DNA of 64,000 nt from Prasinococcaceae sp. CCMP 1430 (Eukaryota; Plantae; Prasinodermophyta): NCBI GenBank assembly GCA_013416795.1, contig RQSC01000003.1:182288-246287 (forward strand). Reading direction: 5' to 3'. Both the position numbers and the translations under genes were made by a program. The notes beneath the pieces are model-generated. The model made no database searches, had not been told where the DNA came from, and saw only the letters and a program-made list of their open reading frames with translations. Positions 32,279 to 43,403 of the stretch are shown piece after piece. The first letter of the stretch is position 1, and each line of letters begins with the position of its first letter.

Positions 32279-34351
32279 GTGCCCACCGACCTGCAGGACA
32301 TCGCGCGGACGGGTACCGCACCGCCGCCGATGTCGGCCGCCGGACTGCACGACGGCGGCGTGCGGTTCTGGTCGCCAGTGGAGTCGGCCCCGTCGCGCGC
32401 GTCCGCCGGCGTGGCCGACGCGCGCCCCCTCCTCGTGCTCGTGCCTGGCATCGACGGCACCGGCTTCGCCGCCTCCCGTCAGTTCGAGACACTGGGCGAG
32501 CTCTTCTCGCTGCAGTGCATGACCATTCCGGCGGCGGACCGCAGCTCGGCGCTCGAGCTTGCGGACGCGCTGGAGCGCCACTGCCGCGGGCTGCGCGCGT
32601 CGTTCCCCGGCCGCCGGATCTACCTCGCGGGCGAGTCCATGGGGGGGCTGCTCGCGCTCCTCGCGGCGAGCAGGCTGGGCGACGTGGTGTCCCACCTCAT
32701 TCTGGTCAACCCGGCCTCGAGCTACGCGCGCACGCCGTGGGCCACCGCCGGGCCGCTGCTGCCGCTGCTTCCCGGCGGGGCGTACGAGGCGCTTCCCCTC
32801 GTGCTCTCGCCCATCCTGCTCGACCCCGCGGTGATTGCAGGCTCGGCGTTCGAGGCCGCGTCGGAGGCGGCGGGGGATGGCGATGGCGTGGACGCCCCGG
32901 CGTCCGCGCTTGCGTTCGACGCGGCGGCCGGGGCTCAGAGGATCGGCGCGACGATGTCGGCGTTCCAGGCGACGCTGCTGGATGCGCTCCCGCGCGACAC
33001 GCTCGCGCACCGGCTGAAGGTGCTGCAGGCTGGCGCGGATGCGCTGGCCGCCCACCCGGGCGGCCTCGAGAGCACGCTCTCGCAGAAGGTGCTGGTGGTA
33101 GTCGGTGGGAGAGATGCTCTACTCCCGAGCGTTGAGGAGGGGCAGCGGCTGAAAGCCGCGCTACCGAAGGGCAACTGCAAGCTCGTGGAGCTGCCCGAAG
33201 TTGCGCACGCGCTGCTGCAAGACCCCAGCGTCAACCTGTCGCGCATTGTGCTCGAGAATGCCTTCTACGCACCCTCGTCCTCTGGTACGGGTGGGTTCTT
33301 CGGCTCCGCCGCCCTCGCGGCGTTCGTACCGCCCTCGGACGAGGACCTTGCCTCGCTCCGCGACGGCCTGCTGGCGGTGCAGAGGGCGGTGCACGCGCCC
33401 GTGTACCTCTCGACACAGTCGGCGGATGGACGCGTGGTGCGCGGTCTGAGCGGCCTGCCCGCAGCGGCCGAGGGCAGACCCGTCTTGCTCGTTGGAAACC
33501 ACCAGCTCATGGCAGCAGACCTCGGGCTGCTCATCGACGAGTACGTGCAGCAGAAAGAGGAGTGGCTACGCGGCCTCGCACACCCCGCGGTGTTCGCGGC
33601 GGCGGATCAGCTCGGGGGGGGCGGTAGCGACGCCAGTGATGGCAGTGGCGAGGAGCAGCGCCGCGGAGCTGGCGGCGGCGCGTTCTTCCGGAGGTTCGGC
33701 GCGATGCCTGTGTCAGGCAAGGCCTTGCACGCAGTGCTGGCGTCCGGGCAGCCAGCACTCTTGTTTCCCGGTGGCGTGCGCGAGGCGTACAAGCGCAAGG
33801 GCGAGGCGTACGAGCTCTTCTGGCCTGAGCGAGCCGAGTTTGTGCGCATGGCGGCCAAGTTCGACGCGCTGGTGGTACCGTTTGCCGCTGTGGGCGTCGA
33901 GGACTCGATGGAGATTGTGCTCGACTCGGAGGATCAGCTGTCTCTGCCGCTTGGACTTGGCGAGCGCAACGCGGCGCGTGCGGAGGCGATGCCAATGGCG
34001 CGCGCAGGCGGCAAAGAGGCACAGACCGAGGGCGAGACCTTCTTGGCTCCCGTCGTCAGGCCGACCGAGCCGGACAGGTGGTACTTCCGCTTCATGGCGC
34101 CGATTGACACGGCAGGGATTGATCACCGTGACGCTGAAGCTGCCAAGGGCGTCTATGAGCAAGTGCGCTCCGAAGTCGCCGAGGGCATTCGCTACCTGCG
34201 CGCCGCGCGCGAGTCGGACGAGCTGCGCTCGGTCGGCGCTCGGGCGGCGTGGAGCGCGCAGCGGGCTGCGGCCGATGTGGTGGCGCTCAGGCCGCCGGCG
34301 CCTATCGACGCAGCCGACGTCCCCACCTTCGACCTCGAACGACGCTACTGA
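32279..34351 (+). CDS. Phytyl ester synthase-like protein (alpha/beta hydrolase fused to a DGAT-type acyltransferase); true start unresolved
   Basis: LVPGIDGTG, GESMGG nucleophile elbow, LVNPASS, AHALLQD, LLVGNHQ, LFPGGVRE, EFVRMAAKFDALVVPF, RWYFRF. Confidence 0.85.
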   Translation: MPTDLQDIARTGTAPPPMSAAGLHDGGVRFWSPVESAPSRASAGVADARPLLVLVPGIDGTGFAASRQFETLGELFSLQCMTIPAADRSSALELADALERHCRGLRASFPGRRIYLAGESMGGLLALLAASRLGDVVSHLILVNPASSYARTPWATAGPLLPLLPGGAYEALPLVLSPILLDPAVIAGSAFEAASEAAGDGDGVDAPASALAFDAAAGAQRIGATMSAFQATLLDALPRDTLAHRLKVLQAGADALAAHPGGLESTLSQKVLVVVGGRDALLPSVEEGQRLKAALPKGNCKLVELPEVAHALLQDPSVNLSRIVLENAFYAPSSSGTGGFFGSAALAAFVPPSDEDLASLRDGLLAVQRAVHAPVYLSTQSADGRVVRGLSGLPAAAEGRPVLLVGNHQLMAADLGLLIDEYVQQKEEWLRGLAHPAVFAAADQLGGGGSDASDGSGEEQRRGAGGGAFFRRFGAMPVSGKALHAVLASGQPALLFPGGVREAYKRKGEAYELFWPERAEFVRMAAKFDALVVPFAAVGVEDSMEIVLDSEDQLSLPLGLGERNAARAEAMPMARAGGKEAQTEGETFLAPVVRPTEPDRWYFRFMAPIDTAGIDHRDAEAAKGVYEQVRSEVAEGIRYLRAARESDELRSVGARAAWSAQRAAADVVALRPPAPIDAADVPTFDLERRY

Positions 34352-34519
34352 GCGCTCCGCGACCCCGCCGTCCGAGCGCCCGCGGTGTCGCCTGCCAGCC
34401 CTGCAGCCGCCGCGCACGAGGAGGTGGCATGGCCGTGTTGTACAGTAGGAATTTCATGCTCTGGAAAGAGGCGTAGCGTGCGCTCGCGCACCCAGGGAAC
34501 GCACGGTCACTTCGCGCAC

Positions 34520-35563
34520 TCATATTGTGTCCCATCCCGGCCACTCGCCGAGGTCAGCCCCGTCCGCCACGCCTTCGTCTTCTTCCTCGTCGTACCTCTC
34601 GAAGTAGCGCACGTCGCCGTTGTCCTCGAGTGACGGCACCCAGGGGGCCGGCACCTCCTTGCGCTCGAGTTTGGCCCAGTCGATCTGCGCGAACCACCTG
34701 TGTCGCTTGACGTCGCGCCACCCGTCACACCCGTACCCGAGCCGCCGCGAGGGGGTCGTTTGCAGCAGATTCCAAATCAGATCACTCGCGTTCTTCGACA
34801 CGTGCGTGGGTATCTTGTACTTGCAGTCGAGCACTCGCCGGAAGATGGCGCGCAAGCTGTCGCTGTCCGAGCGACGAAAAGGGTTCTTACCCACCAGCAT
34901 CTCGTACACCACCACTCCCAACGCCCAGTAGTCCACCGCGTTGTCGTGCCCCTTGCGCGTAATAATCTCTGGCGCCTGGTAATCGGGCGTACCGCAGAGC
35001 GTGAACGTGCGCGTTGCCACGCGCTTGGAGAAGCCGAAATCCGCAACTTTTAGGTAGCCGTCCTTGTCTATGAGAAGGTTCTCAGGCTTCAGGTCTCTGT
35101 ATACGATCCCCTTGGAGTGCATATGTTCGAGCGCGAGCACCACGTTGGCCGCGTAGAAGCAAGCGACGCTGTCCCGCAGAGTGCCCTTTGCCTCAAGGTA
35201 CGAGAAGAGCTCGCCCCCGGGGACAAGCTCGAGCGCGAATACGAGCTTCGCGTGGCTCTGGAACGCGCGGTAGAGATTCACCGTGAAGGCCGAGTGGTGC
35301 ACCTCCTCCATTGCGGCTTTCTCGTTGCGTACGTGCTCCGCCTGTCCCATCTGCATGATAGTCGTTTTGTCCATGATCTTCAGCGCATATGTCTTCTCCG
35401 AGTAGCGATGCCTGGCAAGCTTGACGCGCCCAAACTGACCGCACCCAATTGTGCGGCACACGAGCAGATCCGAGTACTCCGGCGGCAGCTCGTCCATGCA
35501 GTCCTCGAGCGACTCGACATCTTCGTCTGTTGCTCCGCAAGATGTTGACGGGTGACGAATCAT
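34520..35563 (-). CDS. AGC Ser/Thr kinase, PKA catalytic subunit-like; upstream exon(s) possible
   Basis: IGCGQFGRV, YALK, GGELF, YRDLKPENLL, DFGFSK, TLCGTPDYQAPE, DYWALG, HRWF and AGC tail PAPWVP..YFERY. Confidence 0.9.
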   Translation of the reverse strand: MIRHPSTSCGATDEDVESLEDCMDELPPEYSDLLVCRTIGCGQFGRVKLARHRYSEKTYALKIMDKTTIMQMGQAEHVRNEKAAMEEVHHSAFTVNLYRAFQSHAKLVFALELVPGGELFSYLEAKGTLRDSVACFYAANVVLALEHMHSKGIVYRDLKPENLLIDKDGYLKVADFGFSKRVATRTFTLCGTPDYQAPEIITRKGHDNAVDYWALGVVVYEMLVGKNPFRRSDSDSLRAIFRRVLDCKYKIPTHVSKNASDLIWNLLQTTPSRRLGYGCDGWRDVKRHRWFAQIDWAKLERKEVPAPWVPSLEDNGDVRYFERYDEEEDEGVADGADLGEWPGWDTI

Positions 35564-35943
35564 GCAGGCCTGCCGACGTGCCAGCCCGGCGCCTTGAGCG
35601 CGGTCCTTCACGAGTGACGTCGGGCACGCAGGGCGGGGGAGGAGGCGGACGCGGAGGAGATGGAGGTGGAAGTGTGACCCTTGGATCAGCATCGCTCCTC
35701 CCCCCCCCCCCCTTCATCTCCCACCCCGACTTTAGGCCACTTCCGCCCCGTCACCCCCCCTCCCCCGAGGCTCTCGAACACCGAGCACCTGCCGTCCCGC
35801 GCCGCTCGGAGTTCCCCCTTGTTGCTTGCTGGGGCGTGAGTGCCGCGCGATCCGTTTCATCAGGCTCGGACGCGTGTTGCCCGCTGCACCCGCCCCGCGG
35901 CCCCGCACCGAAGGGCGCGTTCCCCGGCGCGCGCGCGCGCGCG

Positions 35944-35977
35944 CGTTCGAGCCTGAAACGGATCACAGGCTCGAACG
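35944..35977. repeat. Perfect 12-bp inverted repeat with 10-nt spacer
   Basis: CGTTCGAGCCTG (35944-35955) / CAGGCTCGAACG (35966-35977). Confidence 0.9.
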
Positions 35978-36417
35978 TTTCTTGATTGCATCGACAGTAC
36001 ATGTACCTGGGTACCAACCCCAAACCAAGAGAGGGTGTGACCTGCCAAACATTCCCATCAACCCGCTTTCGAATTCCGATAAAATAAACCCTATTTATCA
36101 AACCCTTATTTCGTTTCCAGGGGGGGGGGGGGAACTCGCTCTGAGCGCGTGCGTCCGGCCGAGGCGGCGCCGTCACGGCGCGCCGGCGCGCGCGGGCGCT
36201 ACCAGCCGGCCCCCGCAGGGCAGCCGACACGCGCGCGGGCCACGGCGGCGGCAGGGGGCCGGCTGGCCCGCTCGCGCGCCGTGGTATCCCCTCCCTTGCA
36301 CCCATCTCGGGCCGGCTGGGCGAGGCAGGGGATGGCGCGCGCGGCACATTCGCGCGCGGGCGCGCAGGCGGCGGACCGAGAGGGGTGCGGCAGGGTGCGG
36401 CGCGCCAGCGAATTGGA

Positions 36418-38405
36418 ATGGGGCCACCCAGCAAAGGCTTCGCTAAGGAGCTGACGCCTGCCCTCACGAAGAGGGACGTGTCAAAGAGGGCCGGGACACG
36501 GACGCGAAACAGCACGAAGGGCGGCGACCCGTACGCCTACAGTCGCGTGTGGTCGAAAGAGGCGTACGGCGGCGAGTACCACGTCGCGCGCTCAATGGAT
36601 GGCGCCGATGCGATGGTGGAGAACGCCAAAGAGGTGGAGCTTGGCTACGAAAAGCCAGTGGGTGGCCTCACGACCAACTTCGTAGGAAATCACATGACGC
36701 AAGGCGCGATCGATCTCGTGCAAGCCGAGCTTAACAGGCCCGACCCGTACTACGAAGCGCGCGCGCTCGGCGCGGCTGCATCGCAGCAGCAGCAGTACGC
36801 GCTGCCTCAGCGCGTCGACGGCGACGGCGCAGGGGCAGGCGCGCCGCTTCCCGAGGCCGTGATAGCGCCAGAGGCTTTCACCTGGGTGGACATGTGCTCG
36901 CGAGTGGTTGTGATCGTTCCTGAGCCGCGCGCGGCAGGTGCTGGGTTCGAGCTGCTGTGTGCCGACTTCAGCATGCGGGCGTGCAAGGTGGAGTGGCGCA
37001 CCGCCGGCAACAAGCTCGTGCGCTTCCAAGTGCGGGACGCGTATGGCGCGCTCGACGCAGCGAGCTGCAGCGCCGCACCAAAGGCAGCCGCGGCCGAGGA
37101 TGGCGGGGAGGTGATAATCACGCTTGCCAAACTCGGGGGTGGTATGAGGAGTGCTGGCGGCGTGTGCGGTGCGGATTGCGCTGATGGCAGTGAGGGGGTC
37201 ATCGGCAGCGCTTCGCCGCGTGGCGCTGATACATCGACGAGTCGAGTTTGGAAGGCTCTCGAACGACCATCCGCCATAGTAGCGGTGCCTGCAAGTCGAC
37301 GAGGAGGAGTCAGCAAGCCCACGGTCGACGCGCGAGCCCTGCGCCGCAGCCTAAAAGCGGCGCGCGCGGCGCGCAAGAGCACAGGCGTGCGGCCCGCGGC
37401 CGATGGCAGTGACGCTGCGGTCGCTGAGGCGATGGCCGAGGCTGCAAAGATAGCCGCGGGGAGCACTACGCCGCTCCTCCCGTGTTCGGGCGGTGACAAG
37501 ACTGGGGAGGCGCCTGGTGCGGACGAGGGCGAAGTGCCCAAAGGGTATTCCGTTGAAAGCGCCAAGGCGGAGGGAAACAAGCTGTTCTCGTTGGTGCGTC
37601 AGCGCGCGCGAGTGGGCACGTTCCTCATGCCCACATTAATGCTCACATGCGCCGCCTGCGACGCTGACAATGGCACGTGCGCTTGTCAATCCGCCCGGCT
37701 GCTTCCGCCGCTACAAATGCGGCATTCAAGGGAGATTACGACGGTGCCGTGCGCCGCTACACATGGGCTCTGCGGCTCAGTGACGTCGACCAAAAGCCAC
37801 TCGGCGCTGTGGGCGCCGACGATGCCCCCGGCACGGCCGATGCGTGCGACGGGACTGCAGCATTGCGCTGCACGCTTCTCATCAACCGCGCCACTGCGAT
37901 GGCACAACTCGGCGCATTCGATGCCGTGGAGGCGGACTGCACGCGTGCACTCGCAATCGTTCCCCGCTCAGCAAAGGTAGGCACTTGCGAGCGTCATCGC
38001 CGCACCACATCTGCCCTATGTTTTAGCTCCGTCTGACGCCCGAGGCTTTGACGAATCTCTCTGACGAATGCGCAGGCTCTGTTGCGCCGTGCACTTGCCC
38101 GCGAGCAGACTGAACGCTTTGAGGATGCCATTGCAGACGCCCGGGCGGTGCTTGAGACCCTCCCTTCAGAGCGCCGCGCTAGCGAGCTGCTGCACCGCTG
38201 TGCCAAGGTTATGGACTCGGAGCGCCGACGACTAGAGCGTATCGCCAGCCGCCGCGCCGAACTCAGCGAGGAACACCTCAAGCAGGTGCGCCACGCGGTG
38301 AGACGCATCCAGCTGTCGGGGGAGACGGAAGAGGTCATCTCAAAAGACGAAGAGGGCAGCTTTTTCAACACAAAGCCTGGGAAGCGACCAGGAGCTATCA
38401 TCTGA
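36418..38405 (+). CDS. CS/p23-like plus TPR co-chaperone-type protein (exons 36418-37593, 37731-37976, 38076-38405)
   Basis: FTWVD..VVVIVP beta-sandwich-like segment; TPR motifs AKAEGNKLF/GDYDGAVRRYTWAL, LLINRATAM, ALLRRALA; introns join in frame. Confidence 0.65.
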
Positions 38406-38449
38406 GCGCTAGTACTTGCAGTACATCAAAGTAAATCACAGTGTACACG

Positions 38450-38454
38450 TTACA
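38450..38454 (-). terminator. TGTAA polyadenylation signal of the TAF1B-like gene
   Basis: TTACA on the + strand, 25 nt past the stop at 38479; UGUAA is the known green algal poly(A) element. Confidence 0.55.
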
Positions 38455-38478
38455 TACAGCATGCTCTTCGAGCTATGA

Positions 38479-41123
38479 TCATTGCCCTCCAGAGCTGTCA
38501 GTCTCCGCGTCAGATCCGTCATCGGTGCTCTCGCCCGCTGCACTGTCCCAGACCGCACTGAGCAGCGCCCAGCGCTCGAGGCCTACCTCGATTGCGCCCA
38601 GCGACGCTTCAAGACGTTGTACGACTCGGTTGAGTCGGAGCGGCATCATGCCCCCATGCTTCGCCAGGGCCACCAGCACAGCCGCGGAGTCGCCAGCGGG
38701 GAATCTGTGCACCTCCGAGACGAACTCGGTAGGCGACATTTCCGGCCCGAGAGTCGCGGCGTCGGCTGCCTCCACGCTGAACACAGCTTTCTGCTCTCGA
38801 AACGAGGCGGTGTTCATGGCGCCGCAAGTGCACATGGGGAAGACTGGACCCGCTGCTGCTCCATTCCGCTCATTGCCCTCCGGGCTGCCCTTGGTATTCC
38901 CCTCGGCCAATCCCGACGCCCTTGCGCTCTGGTCGTCGCCGCTCTGGATACCACCATCTTGGCCGTCCTCAGGACCACTGTCGTTGCTCTCCGAGCCGCT
39001 GCCACTGCTCCCCGAGCCATCCGCATCGCTGCTCTGCGCGCTGGCACCATCGCTGCTCTCCGAGCCACTGCCGCCACTGTTCTCAGAGCCTGCTCGATCG
39101 CCTCGCTCTGAGGTCACAATCGCGCGTTGCCTCCTAGAGAGAGTGGCGGCATGTGCCTTGAAACTCCGGTACAGCACCTTTGAGAGCTGAGTCATCCTCT
39201 TGCTGCTGCCTGGCTTGCGGTGCATGTACATTTTCAAGCGCCTGTTGAAATGCACCCGTTTGCACGCTTGCACGTACGTCTTGAGCTCGTCGGCGCCCAG
39301 CGCTGCAGTGGGCGCATTTGCGAGGCGTTCTGCTTGATGGAAGGCGCGCATTTGCACCTCACGCGACCACAGTGCCCAGCTCCACCGCTCAGGATATACA
39401 CCCACTCGCGAAAGAGGACAGCTGTCACTGTGCGCCCACCCGTCGTTCTCTCCTCGAGGACAGTCAATCTGACACATCAGCTTGAGGCAGATGCAGATGC
39501 AGGCAAGCGCGCACTCGTGTGGCATGGGCATGAGCGCATCCTTGATGTTCTCGCGCGTACCCGGCGGTGGCGCCTTCGCTCTGTGCGGGTCGTCGTCGTC
39601 GTCATCGCTATCGGCGAGCGGCAATCCGCGCGTATTGGCGTCATCGTGGTAGGTTCCAAGAGTAATGTCGGGCAAAGCGATCAAAGTGAGCAGGTTTTTC
39701 GATGCGTTCGCAAAGCTCTCGGGCAGGCCGAGCTCCTCAACGAACCTCCCGTTGAGAGCCACCATGTTCGCCGGTGGCATGGCGATTCGAGCGACAGCAG
39801 CCATGTGCGACGCCAGCTCGTAGAGGCGTCGGGGTGTCGGTAGGTGGTCGAATGTCGCCCGGAGGTGATTACGGGCAATCTCGCAGTCCTCCTTGAGCTC
39901 CTCCGCGTTGCCCTCTGGTTCACCAGGTACGCGGCCTTCGAAGTCTCTGTACGGCATGTGTCCGAGGACGCACATGTCTAGCAAGTCACCAGGGGTGATG
40001 GGCTCGCGGAGCCATACGCATGCCGCATATATCGCAGCCAGCGTCAATGCCGAAGGCAGCGAGTCGCTGAGGTCGTACCTCTGGTACTGAAAAGGTCCCC
40101 TGTGCGCGCCACGTGCGCACATAAGGCCGCGTGAGCACGTGCGTACGAACTCGGCCAGCGCGGCAGCGGTCGAGCGACCTATACGCGGGCGCGCTGGGCA
40201 TACCTTCCCTCCCGTATAACCTTCCCATTAGCATCGACCACCTTCACTGCCTGTTTCTTCGATGTCTGGCCCTGATCGAACTCGGACAGATACTCGAACA
40301 TGGGAGGCTCGGGCTCGTCATCTCTGCTCTCATGGACGTCGAAGCTCACACGGCGTTCTCCACGCCCTGTGACTCCTACATCCTCCTCTCCACTGCCCAC
40401 TCCTCCGCTCTCATTGCCTTTGTCTCTTAATTTCCCGCCGCTGGCGCCGCCGGTGCCGCCGCTGGTCCCGCTTGTGCCGCCACTGGTCCCGCTGGTGTCG
40501 CTGCTGGTGTCGCTACTGCCGCCGCTGATGTCGCTTTCTTTGGCCTCGCCATCCACGTCGTCGCTTTCCTTGGCCTCGCCATCCGCGTCGCCAGCACTGC
40601 CTCCCGCGGCGCTGCGGCTCCGCACGCGATCATAGCGAGCAAGCTCCTCTGACCGCAGAGCATGGAAGGCCTTTGCCGCTGTTGCGCCCGCCTGCAGCTC
40701 AGAGATGAAGACCCGCTTGTGTAGCTTACCTCGGTTGAGATAGCGCTTGAAGAACGCCATCGCATTCTCGCGCAGGTCGGGCCTCGCGAGCTCCGCCCCA
40801 ACAACGGCGTCCACCTGCACGCACAGCAGCCGCGCGAGCGTGCGGCAGCGCGACGCCACGACGACACTCGCAGGGCGGTCCTCTCGCCTACGCCGTTTCG
40901 CGCCCTTCCTCGGCGCCTGCTGGCCGGTGAGCGCTGCGAGCCCGGCCTGTGAGCCCTCAATGACAGTCCCGCGGCGCTGGCTGGGGCCGCCCTCGCCAGC
41001 GGGCACATCATCGGCGGCCTCCTGCACGAAACCCGCCAGCTGCGTACCGCAGTCCAGACACGAGAGCGTCCCAGCGCTCGTCTGCACGAGGCGCGTTGAG
41101 AGGCACGCATGGCACACGGGCAT
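38479..41123 (-). CDS. TAF1B: RNA polymerase I initiation factor TAF1B/RRN7-like (exons 41123-40204, 40099-38479)
   Basis: N-terminal zinc ribbon CHAC..CLDCG; cyclin-fold segment LTLAAIYAACVWLREPITPGDLLDMC..GHMPY; intron 40203-40100 joins in frame. Confidence 0.7.
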
Positions 41124-41288
41124 GATGCCGCAAGCCCGCCCGCCCACCCGCCCGCCGGCGCACCTTTCACTCGTGCGCGAGCGTGCGCGCGCGCGCCGTG
41201 AGGCCACACAGNGCGAGCGCGACCCGCGCGGCGGGCTCTGCCGCGCCGGCGCGCGCGGCGCTGTTGGCTGTGCGCCGACATCTTTAGA

Positions 41289-43121
41289 TTACACCAGTGC
41301 CTCGCCATCGTCTTCGTCCTGGAAGGCCTCATCGTCGAGGTCCTCATCGTCAGCATTCGATTCGCCCTCGACGTCCTCCTCCTCCTCCTCGTCCTCGGCC
41401 TCGTCGTCGTCGCTGTCTTCGTCGTCCTCGTCGGTGTCGGCGGCGACCACGAGGCTGTCGTCCGCCTCGTCGAGGCCCAGCTCCCTGGCGACCAGCGCAT
41501 CATCGCCAACGACGGCGGCCGCATCTTCCTCATCCTCTTCGTCGTCTTCGTCCTCAATGACGGGGTCTTCGTCCTCCTCGGTGACCGCGCCGCTGTCCGT
41601 GCCCACGTCAGGGAGAAGCGCGTCGCTCCACGCCACGATGAGCTCGCGCACGTCCGGCACGAGCTCGCGCAGCTTGACGTCCGCGGATGACTCCGCCACG
41701 GACACGCGATAGCGAAGCGCCAGCGTGTCCGCGTCTGCGCCCTCATCGTGTGCCACGCCGCACACGCCCAGCAGGTGCGACAGCAGGCGCCGCCGCACGT
41801 CGGGGAGCACAGAGTTGTTGACCTCGGGGAAGGCGGCGAAGATGTGCGCCGCCACCACCGCGTCCGTTTCGGGGTCGTACGCAAATTCGACGCGCGAGCC
41901 GTCCTCGCGATAATCCTGCGCGAACGGGTTGTCGTCGAGCTCCCACGGCTCGATGCGGCTTGTGTCGTCCGCCGGGTCGAGCGGTCCCTCGTCCTCCTCT
42001 GCGTCCTCGTCGATGTACTCGCCGGTGGTGGGATCCACCAGCGGGTAGAGGTCGCCCTCGGCGATGTCTCCAACCTGGTTGACCCACGCGAGCATTTCCC
42101 CGCGCGTGAGCATGCGCTCCGGATTGTTCCACACGGTGGGGATGAGAAGGTTGCGCGGGCCGCCCTCGTCGCGGTCGTAGTGGTCGCGCCAGAAGGCGCC
42201 AAACCAGTCGGGCGGAAGGCACTGCTTCGCCGCGCGCAGGTGCGCCGCCGGCACTGCGCTCGGCGCGTCCTCCACCACGCAGCTCACGTCCTCCTCGAGG
42301 ACGCGCACGCGCGGCGTGGGATCGCCGATCTCCACGCTGTGGTACTCGCGCGGGCCCCGCCCGGGGAAGCTGAAGGTGGGCGTGAGCGGGTCTGTGCACC
42401 AGAAGGCCTCGCGGCCCATGTCGAGCGTCTCCGCGAAGCCGCCCACGAGCGGCTGGCTGTGCTCGCCCACGAAGCCGTACTTCCACCGCCCCGGCGCCAT
42501 CTGCACCTCGCCCGCGAACAGCCTCTCGCGCACGGGCGCCAGCGGCACCGCCACCCCCCAGTTGTTGAAGTCGCCCAGGCAGTACACTCGCTCTATCGAC
42601 GGGTCCTCAACGCGCACCCACACAGGCACCCACACCCACTTGGTGCCGCCGTGGTACGTCTCCGTGTAGTCGCGCTCGCAGCCCTCCAGGTGTCCGTACA
42701 CGCTCAGGAAGCCGTCGGCGTCGTAGTCCACGAAGCACTGCAGCATGGCGTCGCGCGCCTCCACGCTCAGGAAGGCCACCTCCACGTGGCGCGCCTGCTG
42801 CGGCGTGAGGTGCGCGGCCTGCGCCGGCGTGAGGTGCGCCAACTGCTCGTGTGACAGCGAGCGCAGCTCGGGCGGCGTGAGGGCGCGGATGTGTTCCAGG
42901 CTCAGCTGCGACACCTGCTCGTTGGTCCAGCGGCGCACCTCGCGCACCTCCGGCGTGTAGAAGTGTTTCATGATGGTGGCGTCTTCGTCATGGTTGAACC
43001 ACTCCATGGGCAGGAAGAGCTCGTGCTCGGGGCGGTGAAAGCCGGTGCGCTCCTGGTAGCGGCTCAGCTCCTGCCACGTCAGGCGCCGCTCGCGCGGGAG
43101 AATCACCCTGTCGCGCGCCAC
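41289..43121 (-). CDS. Acidic hypothetical protein with a CBM48/AMPK-beta-like glycan-binding module; may start at ATG 43471 across the gap
   Basis: 610-aa ORF with coding-type codon usage; VYCLGDFNNW..PL..GEVQMAPGRWKYGFV; D/E-rich tail. Confidence 0.65.
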   Translation of the reverse strand: MARDRVILPRERRLTWQELSRYQERTGFHRPEHELFLPMEWFNHDEDATIMKHFYTPEVREVRRWTNEQVSQLSLEHIRALTPPELRSLSHEQLAHLTPAQAAHLTPQQARHVEVAFLSVEARDAMLQCFVDYDADGFLSVYGHLEGCERDYTETYHGGTKWVWVPVWVRVEDPSIERVYCLGDFNNWGVAVPLAPVRERLFAGEVQMAPGRWKYGFVGEHSQPLVGGFAETLDMGREAFWCTDPLTPTFSFPGRGPREYHSVEIGDPTPRVRVLEEDVSCVVEDAPSAVPAAHLRAAKQCLPPDWFGAFWRDHYDRDEGGPRNLLIPTVWNNPERMLTRGEMLAWVNQVGDIAEGDLYPLVDPTTGEYIDEDAEEDEGPLDPADDTSRIEPWELDDNPFAQDYREDGSRVEFAYDPETDAVVAAHIFAAFPEVNNSVLPDVRRRLLSHLLGVCGVAHDEGADADTLALRYRVSVAESSADVKLRELVPDVRELIVAWSDALLPDVGTDSGAVTEEDEDPVIEDEDDEEDEEDAAAVVGDDALVARELGLDEADDSLVVAADTDEDDEDSDDDEAEDEEEEEDVEGESNADDEDLDDEAFQDEDDGEALV

Positions 43122-43177
43122 GGGCGCGGCGCGGAGCGAGCGCAGCCGCGCGGCGGTGGCCGCGCCCGCCCGTCGCC

Positions 43178-43403
43178 NNNNNNNNNNNNNNNNNNNNNNN
43201 NNNNNNNNNNNNNNNNNNNNNNNNNNNNNNNNNNNNNNNNNNNNNNNNNNNNNNNNNNNNNNNNNNNNNNNNNNNNNNNNNNNNNNNNNNNNNNNNNNNN
43301 NNNNNNNNNNNNNNNNNNNNNNNNNNNNNNNNNNNNNNNNNNNNNNNNNNNNNNNNNNNNNNNNNNNNNNNNNNNNNNNNNNNNNNNNNNNNNNNNNNNN
43401 NNN
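43178..43403. other. Assembly gap (226 N)
   Basis: Run of N. Confidence 1.
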
